A stretch of 63,792 nt of DNA, filler included, from Octopus bimaculoides (Eukaryota): assembly GCF_001194135.2 (NCBI RefSeq). It is 7 parts of 6 records of this genome, joined end to end, with 100 filler letters (N's around TTAATTAATTAA, not from the genome) between each part and the next. Parts side by side here need not be neighbours in the genome. Positions count along the whole stretch, not along the records: positions 10,886 to 19,017 come from NC_068982.1; positions 19,118 to 32,807 come from NC_069001.1; 5 more parts are not named here. One strand, written 5' to 3'. Numbering within the stretch: position 1 is the first letter of the stretch; each line of letters starts with the position of its first letter. This document shows positions 13,352 to 26,332 of this stretch, piece after piece. Made by a program: the position numbers and the translations under genes. The notes under the pieces are model-generated. The model worked only from the letters and a program-made list of their open reading frames with translations. It had not been told where the DNA came from and made no database searches.

Positions 13352-13490
13352 CTTCTTCTTCTTCTTCTTCTTCTTCTTCTTCTTCTTCTTCTTCTTCTTC
13401 TTCTTCTTCTTCTTCTTCTTCTTCTTCTTCTTCTTCTTCTTCTTCTTCTTCTTCTTCTTCTTCTTCTTCTTCTTCTTCTTCTTCTTCAGC
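13200..13490. repeat. (GTT)n + (CTT)n microsatellite
   Basis: Directly visible. Confidence 0.95.
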
Positions 13491-13724
13491 GTTGCTCGAT
13501 TGATGATTCAAGGGGAACCAGCACATTAGCGGTAACAGTCTTTCCGTGGGAGTAACCAGATGTGGTGGTGGTGGTGGTGGATTAGAATTTGGTGATACTC
13601 AGTTACAATATTTGGTAATACTAGGTTAAAAGCTGAGGCTGGTTGGTTAGCTTTGATGGAGTTGTATTCTATATGGGCGGCGGGGGTTAATTACCTTGCG
13701 TTGTGCATGGAGTGGCCAGGCCTA

Positions 13725-14600
13725 AGGTGGTATATCTTGATTATCAGTTGCCATTGTCTTGAAGTTCATTGAAAAGGTGTAGCTCTGGTGGCAACGATAA
13801 GATAGTTTATTCTTCCTGTTGGTGGATACGGCAAGTTGTTGGAGTATGTACAATCTATCGAGGAGGAAGAGTTGGCACATCCGAGTTCCAGGTGAAAGTG
13901 GGAAACGTCAATGATACTCCATTCGATGTTGGGAAGTCGTTCCAATGGCACTGGAGCCTCCAGATAAAACGGGGTAGGGAGGAGTCTATTTTCTATACGT
14001 GCATGTGAAGGAGTTACTGTGTTGCGTATGCTTTCCTTTGCACTCGAACTCATTAGCTGTCATTTCCCTGTAGTGTCTTGTAATGTCATCGGATAAACTA
14101 TAATCTATCGCCGCACCCATGCTCACCATCTAGCCTCAACTTTTTAACCTTCGATCACCAATTTCTTTTCAACCTAAGGCCACCAGACTTAATTCCAGTC
14201 ACACCTGTTACTATTGAAAGGCTATTGTCGCTAATGTGTTGGGTCTCTTTGAATTGGCCATCGAGTAACAAACCCGGAACAACACCCCATCAAGTCATGT
14301 GTGGTATGAAAGGCAATGAACTGATGTCGCTCATTATACCATACTGCAGATCCAGACATGACGATGTCTGCTACCTTCCGACTTCCAGTCCGAGAACATG
14401 CTCCTAAGAATAAAGAAAATAACTGATGTCACTGTTAGACCAATATCACCGCATGATTGAATTGACCAGTAGACGCGTAACATCTAGAAACCATCTTGGA
14501 TTTGTTTCACGTCCCTTTACTCTTGTCTAGATGCCTGATAAGATAGGGTCGTTCTGCGAGCTGACGAAATATTAAGTTCGTTGAAACTGAGTTAAACTGT
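13725..14600. mobile_element. Retroelement remnant (probably Penelope-like) with terminal hammerhead core
   Basis: Plus-strand SSHVWY..YTIL resembles the Penelope endonuclease C-terminus and is followed by CTGACGA..GAAAC-TGA-GTT at 14561-14593. A minus-strand ORF fragment lies at 13766-14053. Confidence 0.35.
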
Positions 14601-17189
14601 TCTCAGATGTGTGTGTCTGCGCGCGCGCGTGAAAGAGAGAGAGAGAGAGAGAGAGGGGGGGAGAAAGAGAAAGAGAGAGAGAGAGAGAGAGGGGGGAGGG
14701 AGAAAGAGAAAGAGAGAGAGAGTTTTAAAAAAAGAAACAGAAAAGAGGAGAAAATGACTATTTAATATAGTTATTCTCTCACAACTGTTGCATTACCTCG
14801 AAATTTCCAAGCCTGAGATGTGGACATTCTGAGTAATACATATTGGTTTAATGTTATTGTTGTTTCTAATCAAATACTTGGAACATTCATCTTCGAAACC
14901 GGCGGAGATCCATTTTCTTTTGTATAATGGGACGCATCGAATGGGGTTAATATAATCTCCCTCTAAATAATTATTAGTTTATGCGTTCAGGCCGATCAAT
15001 TTCAATCTCAATATTAACTGTTGATTATTACTTCCGTGTGGTGCAAATATTGAGGTAGAAACATTGACATTCAATACTTGCTATTGCTGTATTCATTACT
15101 GACAATGATCAGGACTGTGATGACAATATTCATATCGTGTAAATTGGGATATTGCTTTATGTACTAGTGTCGCCAAGTTCAATTCAGTTCAAGCATCAAA
15201 ACGTTAATAAAGCTCACTCTTCATAAACCGAAAATATAAAATACAAATTCCAGTATTGATTAATTGTAATTTTCAATAAGAGTTGAGAAAATTTCTTTAA
15301 CAGCAAAGTCAAAGAAAAATATAAATCTTCCTCGTAGCAAAGCCTGTAAGAATTTTAACAAGAATGTGTATATTCCATTTAACTTATGAAAACTGTCGTT
15401 TGTATAAATCAGAAAGTTTCGGAGATAGAACGGAATTTGTTTAATATTCAATCTTCAATCATGATAATTTCCTCAATCATCATTTGATTTGATGAAAGTT
15501 GCAGGAGATAAACTATAACTTTTATCGCAGAACATCAGAAATATTTATATGAAATGGGATAATCTACTTAGTAATACTTTCAGTTTTATTACTGAACTTT
15601 GCAAATAGACTGCGACACCGCCCGAAAATTTACTTTGAAAATATCTTACCATATTGTTTACTTATGTGCACATACACAAACACACATATGAACACACAGA
15701 CACGTACACAGACACGTACACAGACACACGGACACACTCGCGCGCACACGCATACACATACACACAAACGCTTTCTCTCTCTCTCTCTCTCTCTCTCCTT
15801 CGCATGCACTCGCACAAATATATCTACGTTCTTCGATATATATAACGTAAACGCAAAGGTGTTCCAAGAAACATGCTACATAGCTAGGCACATACCGACA
15901 GAGAAACACACAAACGCATATACACATACATACAAACACACTCCTGTCGCTACATTCACACAGACACTTTCACCTATATGTACATACATTCAAGAGACTG
16001 TACTTTCATTTGTTCGGATACGAGCTTCAATTTCTTGCAATTCATATTTTGTATTACAAATGCCAAATTGACAAATCTAAGTACACATACAAAATACACA
16101 AGCAAATAAACTCTCACACATATGCACACATTCACACACAATCACTCATACGCAGATGCACACATATATATAATGGTAAAAGTTCAACGACAAGGAAAAA
16201 ACAACGAAAAATAAGTTCCTCTTATTAAGTTAACCATCAATGAAATATAAACATCTCCCACGTAGGTCTTTCATTGATTACTATGAAGACGTGATAAAAG
16301 AGAAAACAGAAAAAAAGTAAATGTTGAAACACTTCACTTTCTATAAAAATCTAGAGCCAGCACTGAAGGTTTCGACGTTTTTTATACGAATACTTCTATG
16401 TAAACAATGCGATCGAAGATAGCAAAATAGATAATGGGTGTATATGCATATTGTAGAAGTTATTGCTCCGTCTTCAGCACTACATTCAACCCATTAACTA
16501 TCAAAGAAATGCAATTTATGCGTATCTAAATGTTCGCACTTTCGTTTTAGATCTAAGAATTCCACCGCTCTATTTAATTCTAGATGCAAAATTTTCTGCA
16601 AATGCAAGCAAATGGACGAATTTCTTTTGGTGAACTGGAGAATAGCACAGTCTCCGCATCGAGCAACTGTCTTGCAGATGTTGGACTAATCTCTGTTGAA
16701 TTATTCTACAATAACTAGTTTAAGTATGACTTCTACAGTCAAATGGGATGTAACTCTAGTTTTCTTTCTTTTCTTTCTTTTTTTTTCGCTTTGATTCACC
16801 ATTTATTTTCTCATTGCACTTTTTCCGTCAATCTTGTGATTTCACAAATACCACCGTCTTAATTTTCAAATACAACGAACCGTGTACTCAGAGACCGAGA
16901 GTGCTTGGAGACCCACAGCACATTATAAAAACCTATTTCAATGACTAGAAACTATCGGTAGCTCTTATCTTAATAGAGTGTACTTTATAAATTATATTTA
17001 TCTCTCACTGGATGGAGTCTATTTTTGTGGATTTTACCTTAACGGAACAATAAGCCACACACGCGCACACACACATATACAAACATACTTCCTGCATATA
17101 TATATATATATATATACATACATACATGTATATATATATATATATATACATACATATATATACGTACATACATACGTACATATATATAT

Positions 17190-17243
<54 letters not shown>

Positions 17244-17966
17244 GTGTAGTATGCACCACTTCGAGCAAGTGACCCTATCATAGCTGCATTGCTGCTATTT
17301 AGGCATTAAATAAGGTTTACCACATATGGAGAAATTCATGCAACCACCAATATTGGACAACGGTTACCCAGCTTCGCAATTCCTGTAAAAGTCCTACAGC
17401 GAAAAAAGCCTTCTTGGGATGCATAACCCCACCTCCCAAACTGCAGCCGATCCTTCTACTAACTTGCCAAAAACAATCTCAACCGATTTGGCAGCAGCAT
17501 CTTTTCCTCTATTATTTAAAGAGAATGGCTGTTTATGAGCTCTCCTTTTGGAGTAAACCTTTACTTTCGCTGCGCCCTGTACAGTATACACCACATGCAT
17601 TGGGCATGTATCCTTCCAATCTATCCTCTAGTTTTTCAGGTTCCCCGTTTTCATACATGCATACCATCTGCGAAAGTCGCCTCAAAGCAACAATGCCACA
17701 AAAGCTGAGCATGTTACCTACTATCATCCTTAAACACTGAACACCAGAGTCAAACCCTATACTCTCCAAAGTCTTCAATCTCTCTACAGGTATAAATGTT
17801 GATTTTAGAAATACATAATAATATCATACTCAATATGCCCAAGATAATAGAGATAACTAAGGACATTTTCCAACACTTCGAATTACTCTTTCTCCCGTTC
17901 TCTTTCTCTCCCTCTCTATTTCTCTCTCTCTCTTTCTCTCCCTCTCTCTTTCTCTCCCTCTCTCTT

Positions 17967-18016
<50 letters not shown>

Positions 18017-18041
18017 GTCTGTTTGTCTTTGTCTGTCTGTC

Positions 18042-18082
<41 letters not shown>

Positions 18083-18221
18083 ATCTATCTATCTATCTCT
18101 GCTTAACGACCACAAGTTACATGACCTAAGTCACACATCATTGGGTCGATATGGTCGATGATGTCTACGCGATAGCTCAACTTCTTGAAATTATTGAGAA
18201 TTTATAAATCTAATACTAAGA

Positions 18222-18555
18222 TGCATAGCTCGGTGATTCGAACGTCGGGTTTACAATCACGAGGTAGTGAGTTCTATTCCTGTACAGGGCTGTATGTTGT
18301 GTTCTTGAGCAAGACACTTTATTTCATGTTGCTCCAGTTCACTCAGCTGTAGAGATGAGTTGTGACGTCACTGGTGATAAGTTGTATCAGCCTTTGCTTT
18401 TAACTTGGATAACATCGGAGCTATAGAGAGGGGATGCTGGTATTCATGGATGACTGTTGGTCTTCCATAAGTAAACTTTCCCCAACTTCGTCCCCGGAGG
18501 GGAAATTTCTAGGTGCAATCCCATGATCATTCATGACCGAAGAGGGTCTTTACTC
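18222..18555 (+). mobile_element. tRNA-headed SINE (family D); partial copy at 57960-58080
   Basis: TAGCTCGGTG A-box-like and GAGTTCTATTCC B-box-like head, then TGTTCTTGAGCAAGACACTTTATTTC, which is shared with 58040-58075. Confidence 0.7.
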
Positions 18556-18760
18556 TTTTTACGAAGAGGGGCAATACCCCGAAACTAGTCTGTAGATGCC
18601 AGACCAGCAAGGTGAAGCGCTGACCTCCCCTATTCGAAGGTTATAATGGACACAGGTTCGTGTGTCACATAGCTAGCTAGAGGCGATGGCTTCTTGGAGC
18701 TAATCAACGGCTGCATTCGTCCTATTTTTTGGACTGCCATGTTGGCTTGGCGATACCTAT
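18556..18760 (+). mobile_element. Hammerhead-bearing repeat (inverse copy of 32940-33130)
   Basis: Shares GCCATGTTGGCTTGGCGAT, TAGCTAGCTAGAGGCGATGGCTTCTTGGAGCTAAT and other segments with the reverse complement of 32940-33130. Motif: TTTAC-GAAGA-GGGG CAATA CCCC-GAAAC-TA-GTC-TGTAGA. Confidence 0.7.
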
Positions 18761-19489
18761 TATATATATATATATAGGAAAATGAAAAAAAGACAGAATG
18801 CTGAACTGGAAGCATAATTTAATAAAGATTTTTTCTAACCGGTTTTCATTGCGAAGAAGCAAATTATCAAGAAGGAGAATGAAAATGTTTTTTTACAAAG
18901 AAGTACAAAATGAAGAAAATAATATATAAAACAATAATATATAAAAAAATAAATATACCCATACATTATATTGTCTTTGAGCTTTTGTAGTTCAATAGTA
19001 GTTCATGTATAAATTGGNNNNNNNNNNNNNNNNNNNNNNNNNNNNNNNNNNNNNNNNNNNNTTAATTAATTAANNNNNNNNNNNNNNNNNNNNNNNNNNN
19101 NNNNNNNNNNNNNNNNNTTCTATTTTATTTTTGTTTTAATTACCATAGTTGAAATGAATACTAACTGGACTACCATTGAAAAACTACTTTCTAAATGAAG
19201 TAGAAATGAAAAAAAAAGAAAAAGAAAGAAGTCGGAGTTTTTATGTTTAATGTATGTGCGGTTATGAGAAGCTAAGAATAAATAATTTTTTAAATGTCTG
19301 GGAGAAAAAATTCAGATAACTGACGCGGCTAGAAACGTTGGTTATAGAAAAGGTTTTCGGAATGAATGAATGAACTAGTTGGGTGTGGGAAGGAAGGAAT
19401 AAACAAAAAAAAAAAAAAGGAATATAAATGCGAAAAAAACACACACACACACAAAAACACAAAACAAAAATTACAGAAGACAAAAGAAT

Positions 19490-19645
19490 TGATATTGAGG
19501 GTCGCGGGTGGGTTGACGAGCTAAGCAAACACTACCAGTTCTTTGGGCTTTGCTACCACCGGAAGAAGCAGTTTATACAATACACACAGTACTACTAGCA
19601 ATTCCAGTTAGCTGCACTTCAGCAAACAGTCATACAAAGGTAGGT
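19490..19645 (+). promoter_or_regulatory. Candidate promoter / non-coding first exon of the BEN gene
   Basis: Non-repetitive, locally CpG-containing stretch with ETS-like CCGGAAG and a donor CAAAG|GTAGGT at 19639/19640, at the start of the same contig block as the gene. Inference only. Confidence 0.25.
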
Positions 19646-21185
19646 AGAACTTCATCTAAAAAAACACAGGGAAAATAACAATAATAATAAATGTCTAAGA
19701 CGGCCAAGATTTTGCTGTATGTATATATGTGTAAATATATACATGATATTCAATTTGATACCGCTGCTACTGCAGTTAGAGCAGAATTAAGACACCAACT
19801 ACAGCTTCTACGGCAACATAATGTATCTGTGTAGTCTTCTCTGCCCTCTTGTTTTAGCCTTCTTTAGCATTCCGTACATAGTTGCCTGGTTCAGCTTAGC
19901 ATTCGGAACGAGTAAAAATTCAGTCCATTTGAATACATTAGTCATTGTTCACGTTTATGTATTTATATATATATATATTTTTAAATATATATTAAATCAC
20001 GTATTTCAAGAAATTAATTACATGAATATTAAGTTGAAAGAATGAATGAAAGAAAAAAAGAGATTTAAAAACAAAAAAACGAAACACACGCAAATTACCG
20101 ATTGTCTAGGAATAAGACTAAATAAGATAGCCAGCTTTTAAACAACGATGCTTAACAATTGCCATTTTAATTTAGGTCAACTTGCAACATGGCTGAGTTT
20201 ATTAAAATAAAATTATATATATATATATATNNNNNNNNNNNNNNNNNNNNNNNNNNNNNNNNNNNNNNNNNNNNNNNNNNNNNNNNNNNNNNNNNNNNNN
20301 NNNNNNNNNNNNNNNNNNNNNNNNNNNNNNNNNNNNNNNNNNNNNNNNNNNNNNNNNNNNNNNNNNNNNNNNNNNNNNNNNNNNNNNNNNNNNNNNNNNN
20401 NNNNNNNNNNNNNNNNNNNNNNNNNNNNNNNNNNNNNNNNNNNNNNNNNNNNNNNNNNNNNNNNNNNNNNNNNNNNNNNNNNNNNNNNNNNNNNNNNNNN
20501 NNNNNNNNNNNNNNNNNNNNNNNNNNNNNNNNNNNNNNNNNNNNNNNNNNNNNNNNNNNNNNNNNNNNNNNNNNNNNNNNNNNNNNNNNNNNNNNNNNNN
20601 NNNNNNNNNNNNNNNNNNNNNNNNNNNNNNNNNNNNNNNNNNNNNNNNNNNNNNNNNNNNNNNNNNNNNNNNNNNNNNNNNNNNNNNNNNNNNNNNNNNN
20701 NNNNNNNNNNNNNNNNNNNNNNNNNNNNNNNNNNNNNNNNNNNNNNNNNNNNNNNNNNNNNNNNNNNNNNNNNNNNNNNNNNNNNNNNNNNNNNNNNNNN
20801 NNNNNNNNNNNNNNNNNNNNNNNNNNNNNNNNNNNNNNNNNNNNNNNNNNNNNNNNNNNNNNNNNNNNNNNNNNNNNNNNNNNNNNNNNNNNNNNNNNNN
20901 NNNNNNNNNNNNNNNNNNNNNNNNNNNNNNNNNNNNNNNNNNNNNNNNNNNNNNNNNNNNNNNNNNNNNNNNNNNNNNNNNNNNNNNNNNNNNNNNNNNN
21001 NNNNNNNNNNNNNNNNNNNNNNNNNNNNNNNNNNNNNNNNNNNNNNNNNNNNNNNNNNNNNNNNNNNNNNNNNNNNNNNNNNNNNNNNNNNNNNNNNNNN
21101 NNNNNNNNNNTATATATATATATATGTAAAAGGCAGTGGTCCCAGCATAACCCTCAGCTATGGCTTGAAGCTGAAAAATAAAATA

Positions 21186-21340
21186 AGGCATAGCTGTGTG
21201 GTAAGAAGCTTGCTTCCCAACCACATGGTTCCAGGTTCAGTCCCACTGCGTGGCATCTTGGGCAAAATATCTTCTATGACAGCCTTGGCTTGATCAAAGC
21301 CTCATGAGTCAATTTGATAGACAGAAACTGAAAGGAACCA
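21186..21340 (+). mobile_element. tRNA-headed SINE family A
   Basis: GCTGTGTGGTAAGAAGCTTGCTTCCCAACCACATGGTTCCAGGTTCAGTCCCACTGCGTGGCA. The same family recurs at 23870, 24588(-), 27508, 28155(-), 35840(-), 41150, 52030 and 56112(-). Confidence 0.85.
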
Positions 21341-21344
21341 GCTA

Positions 21345-21383
<39 letters not shown>

Positions 21384-21949
21384 GGTATTCTCTAACAAGG
21401 ATAGTATTAACAATGTCTGTCACATCAAAAGGCATGTTTTAAATATGGCTACATTAAAACAAAGCAAAAAAAAAGAATTAAAATGAAAATGGCTGGGAGG
21501 GTGTAACTGGTATGACTTGTCAGGATTATCATTCCATGGTTGTCACCAGTAGAACCATCACTGTTTTCAACTGGCTTAGTCACCTTCATCATCATTATGA
21601 TGTTTCCACTGTCGTTTGTATGACATCCTTTTTAACTTTGGTTGGTTCAATTCTGTTGTTATAGTTATGTAATTAAAACTGAGTGGGTTGGGAGAGTGCT
21701 TTACACCAGTCCTTAATATACTGATATAACAATATAGTAATAATAATAATAATAATAATAATCGTCGTCGTCGTTTAACGTCCGCTTTCCATGCTAGTAT
21801 AATAATAATAATAAAAGTAAACATAAGAGCACCACAGCAAACCACAGCACATACCCAAGGCGCACAGAGCTGCGCTCGGTAGTGAAGTGAAAGCACGTTA
21901 TAAAAATAAAACTACTGAACAATAATAATAATAATAATCATAATAATTG

Positions 21950-22399
21950 TAATTTTGGCACAAGGTCAGCCGTTTTATGGGACGAGGCAAAGTCGGTTAC
22001 ACCGACCCCCTGTGTTTGACTGATACTTTATTTTATCAATTCTGAAAAGATGGAAGACTAAGCTGACCTTGGTGGAATTTGAACTCAGTATGTCAAGAGA
22101 GGTGAAATGCCATTAAGCATTTTGTGCTTGTGTGCTAACGATTCTGCCAATCTTGCCACTTCAATAAAGACTTTGAATTTTTGGCACAAGGCCAGCAAGT
22201 TCAAGGAAGGGAGACGAGGCGGGTGTGGATGGGGGGGGGGTCAGTAAATTACATCGACTTCTCCAGTGTTTGACTGGTACTTCTTTTATTGACACCAGAA
22301 GGATGAAAGACAAAGTGGGATTTGAACCCAGAATGTAAAGACAGACAAAATGCTGGTAAGCACTTTGCCTGGCATGCTTTCAATTCTACCAGCTCACTG

Positions 22400-22438
<39 letters not shown>

Positions 22439-22659
22439 TAATAATGCTTTCTTATTATAGGCACAAAGCCTGAAATTTGGGGGAAGGGGATAGTGGATTA
22501 CATCGACCGCAGTACTAAACTGGTACTTGATTTATCGACCCCGAAAGGATGAAAGGCCAAGTTGACCTCGGTGGAATTTGAACTCAGAACATAAAGAAGG
22601 ACGAAATACTGCTAAGCATTTTGTCCGGCGTGCTAACAATTCAGCCAGCTCACAGCCTC

Positions 22660-22699
<40 letters not shown>

Positions 22700-22920
22700 C
22701 CTTTCTACTATAGGCACATGGCCTGAAATGTTTTAGGGGAGGGGACTAGTCGATTACATTGACCCCCAGTGTTTCTCTGGTACTTAATTTATCGACCCTG
22801 AAAGGACGAAAGGCAAAGTCAGCCTCTGTGGAACTTGAACTCGGAACGTAGCAACAGACGAAATACCACTAAGCATTTCGCTCAGCATACTAACAATTCT
22901 GCTAGCTCGCCGCCTCCATT
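21950..22920 (-). mobile_element. Four head-to-tail copies of SINE family B separated by (AAT)n tails
   Basis: Copies at about 21950-22161, 22175-22402, 22445-22661 and 22698-22920, each with GGAATTTGAAC(T/C)CAG and GCTAACA/GATTC; each is the reverse complement of the copy at 24890-25110. Confidence 0.85.
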
Positions 22921-23000
22921 AACAACAACAACAACAACAACAGTAATAATAATAACAACAACAATAATATTTTTTTTCTGTTATCTCTTTGAACAGGCAA

Positions 23001-23166
23001 ATGTCAGAACCTCCAGTAATGTACATAAAAACAGAAGATGATGATGATGATGATAATAAAGAGAATTTGAAGAAGAAAATAAAATACTTAGAAGAAGAGA
23101 ACGAAACCTTGAAGAAAGCTCTTGAACAGCTACAACAGCTGCAAGGCAAATGTTGTGACTGGTGTG
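23001..23166 (+). CDS. BEN-domain protein, coding exon 1 (MSEPPVMYIKTEDDDDDDNKENLKKKIKYLEEENETLKKALEQLQQLQGKCCDWC)
   Basis: Acceptor ctttgaacag|G at 22996/22997, ATG at 23001, donor G|gtaagc (phase 1); heptad coiled-coil pattern. Confidence 0.85.
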
Positions 23167-23290
23167 GTAAGCATGCTCTTTTATAATCTCAGGTCACGTT
23201 GTTGTTTTTAAAAAAAACTGCTAAGGTTTTACTCCTCCTCTCTAGATTTCTGTCTCAGCATTACACACGCATACCTATTTCCTAGCTGTC

Positions 23291-23816
23291 TATGAGGGGG
23301 TGCTGAAAGTTCTTGGCTTCGAGTAAAAGGAAATACAAGGGGATCAGTTAATTATGATTTTATTCAACATATTCCCCCTTTCAGATTCACACACTTATTG
23401 CAGCAGTCCTTCAGTTTTTCTAAACCCTGTAAAAGAACTTGGGATGTTGGGCCTCCAAACAGGCCTTTTGTGATACCCTGAAAGCCAGGAACTTACCAAT
23501 ACCCCCTCATATGTATGTGTGCATATGCCTGTGTGCGTATGTCTGTGTATATATATATATATACACACACACATACATACATACATACATACACACACGA
23601 GGGTGTGCCGTAAAGCTCCTGGCTTTGGGTAAAAGAAAATACAGGAGGATCAGTTAATTATGATTTTATCAAACATATTCCCCTCTCAGATTCTCACGCT
23701 TATTACAGTAGTCCTTCAGTTTTTCTAAGCCCTGTAAAAGAACTTGGAAGGTTGGGCCTCCAACCAGGCCTTTTGTGATACCCTTAAAGCCAGGAACATT
23801 TCAGCAACCCCTTGCA
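23291..23816. mobile_element. Two tandem mariner-type MITEs (23291-23511, 23596-23816)
   Basis: First copy runs TATGAGGGGGTGCTGAAAGTTCTTGGCTT ... AAAGCCAGGAACTTACCAATACCCCCTCATA, with TIRs and TA ends; the second copy aligns along its length. Confidence 0.85.
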
Positions 23817-24029
23817 CATGCTTATTTTCTGTCCGTCTGTCTGTCTATCTGTGCATCTTTACACTCATATTACTGCATGGCACTTTGGGCAAGTGTCTTC
23901 CGCTATGGCCTTGGGCTGACTGAAGCCTTGTGATTGAATTTGGTTGGCGGAAGTTTCTGTTGTGTGTGTGTACATGTGTGTGGAAGTGCTTGTGCCTCCT
24001 AAGAGGGAGGAGGAAAGAAACTACCTCAC

Positions 24030-24275
24030 TTGGGATGAGGTGGGGGTTGGCAACAGGAAGGGCATCCGGCTGTAGAAAGCTTACCACACAATATCATCAT
24101 CATTGTTTAATGTCTGCTTTCCATGCTGGCATGGGTTGGATGGTTTGACTGAAAACTGGTAAGCCAGGGGAAGTGGGGGTGCACCAGGCTCCAATCTGAT
24201 TTGTCAAGGTTTCTACAGCAGGATGCCCTTTTCTACACCAACCATTCCGAAAGTATAGTGGGTGCTTTTTACTTG
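24030..24275. mobile_element. Repeat family C fragments (AGGAAGGGCATCCAGCTGT...CCAACCCATGCCAGCATGGAAAG + (ATG)n tail)
   Basis: Same motifs recur at 27855-27965, 28828-28940, 29655-29865, 30090-30435 and 30790-30830(-). Confidence 0.75.
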
Positions 24276-24309
24276 GACTAGTCATTATTTTTTCCTATGT
24301 TTTTTGTAG

Positions 24310-24551
24310 AGTTGTTGATGCCAAATTCAGATCAAGAACGGACAGTGGTCAGCAATTGGCTGGAAAGTGTTTTAATAGCCATCAAAAGCCAACGAGAGAA
24401 CTCTGAAATTGTTGTTGAAGATACAACTAGCAGATATGTACCGTCCCTGCCAGCAGCACCCCCTCCAGTTGCTGCTCCGTCCCCTCCACCTCTTCCTCTA
24501 CCTCTTTCTCCTTCAAATCCAGGCATGAATCTACAGCCATTGTTAGTTGAG
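24310..24551 (+). CDS. BEN-domain protein, coding exon 2 (ELLMPNSDQ...Pro-rich...QPLLVE)
   Basis: Acceptor ttttttgtag|AG completes phase 1; donor GAG|gtaagt is phase 0; no stops. Confidence 0.88.
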
Positions 24552-24889
24552 GTAAGTTTTGGTACCTCATCATTTTTTTTTATCACATCAACACACCAAC
24601 ATCGGTTGTCAAGCGATGTTGGAGGGACAAACACAGACACACACATTTATATACATGATGGGCTTCTTTCAGTTTCCGTCTACCAAATCCATTCACAAGG
24701 TTTTGGTCGGCCCAAGCTATAGTAGAAGACACTTGCCCAAGGTGCCATGCCGTGGGACTGAACCCGGGACCATGTGGTTGGTAAGCAAGCTACTTACCAC
24801 ACAGCCACTGTATATATAATTAATCGAAGTGTATATTATATGTCTATTACGGCCGGTTGTACTCTTTGATGAATGCATCCACTCTACTA

Positions 24890-25110
24890 AGGCGACGAGC
24901 TGGCAGTATCGTTAGCAAGCCGGGCGAAATGCTTAGCGGCACTTCGCCTGTCTTTGCGTCGTTCTGAGTTCAAATTCCGCTGAGGTCGACTTTGCCTTTT
25001 ATTCTTTCGGGGGTCGATAAATTAAGTACCAGTTGTGTACTGGAGTCGATCTAATCGGCTGACCCCCCCCCCCACAAATTTCGGGCCTTGTGTCTAGAGT
25101 AGAAAGAATA
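24890..25110 (+). mobile_element. SINE family B, full length
   Basis: GGCGACGAGCTGGCAGTATCGTTAGC...GAGTTCAAATTCCGCTGAGGTCGAC...GGGCCTTGTGTCTAGAGTAGAAAG; Pol III B-box-like GAGTTCAAATTCC. Confidence 0.8.
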
Positions 25111-25681
25111 TACCCACTCCACTGACAGATATACGAGTGTATTTAATCCAGACTCATTGACTCCTAAACGGCTTACATATTTATATACATATATAAACAC
25201 ACACACGTACCTACGTACGTATGTGTGTGTTCATTACATAAAGATCTTTTTATCCACCACATTTTAATTAATTATCATGGTATGTCATATTTGGTGTTAT
25301 TTTCTCCTCTGCTAACTATTAAACCATTCATCAAGGAATAAATACGACCTCCATGTGGGTTCTTGTCATCCGGCTTAAAAATAAAATGCTTTGTCCAATG
25401 TTCGGCGTGCAATGCAAAGTCGCTAACAAAGAGACAAAGTGCTGATCAAGCTCGTATTTCTTGATTAGAACCTACTTCAAGGGAGATAACCTTTAGCATT
25501 AGTACATATTAACGTTTTATTTAGTTTAGCAGTCATAACGAGTTGTCGTCATATACATAACAATAATCTCCCGCCATATCGCGCTTTATTGTGTCAGCTT
25601 ACGTCCATTCCTCCGTGGTGTTGTTTTGCATTTATAATAAAATAAATATATACAAATTATAAACATTAAAAAAATTTATAC

Positions 25682-25758
25682 AGTACTGTTTTTGCGGATT
25701 TTCATCTATTGCGGTGGGTTTTCGAATGTAACACCCGCGATAGTCGAGGGATTACTCT
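25682..25758 (-). mobile_element. Tc1/pogo (Tigger-like) MITE end
   Basis: Minus strand AGTAATCCCTCGACTATCGCGGGTGTTAC resembles pogo/Tigger TIRs. Confidence 0.45.
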
Positions 25759-25764
25759 GTGTGT

Positions 25765-25818
<54 letters not shown>

Positions 25819-26332
25819 ACATAAATAATATATAATTATATGCATATATCCATACATATATGTACATACCGACATCTAGTTTTATTGTTGTTTCTTATTC
25901 TCTTTTTGGCGATCTTACGGTACGAGTCCTAAATATCGGCCTTTTCCGTCTCAAGTTTTTACTTCAAAAAAATTCCTTATGCGGCATGATGTTATTTAAA
26001 AGATTTTAACGTATGATAGGAAAAAAAATTTCTTTGAAAAATCAGTATAATTATAAATCTCGTCATTGTTTATCAAAGTTATCTCCCTTGTAACAATTTC
26101 TATTCGGATGAACTGAATGAGAATCGCCATTATGCGGTCGCTTGACTTGCTAGAAATAATAACTAAATTTCTTTAAAATCACCTACTATCGAAAAACAAA
26201 AGTGGTGGTGGGGGGCGCATTGGGTAATGTATTCCTAGATAGGGTATGGTGGGAAGTTTATTTGATCGATGCAATGACGGAAAAGAAGGCATTAAATGAT
26301 GACGACGACATTCCTTGTATTTTTATATCTAG

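Noticed and set aside
15304-15345. 42-nt symmetric mini-exon candidate (KSKKNINLPRSKA)
   Set aside because: Splice-like sites alone are common in AT-rich DNA; no gene context in this block.
16570-16720. Short stop-free stretches on both strands
   Set aside because: No motif match and no consistent splice pair.
20189-20230. ATG GCT GAG as an upstream start of the BEN gene
   Set aside because: It runs directly into (AT)n and a gap with no donor; cannot be supported.
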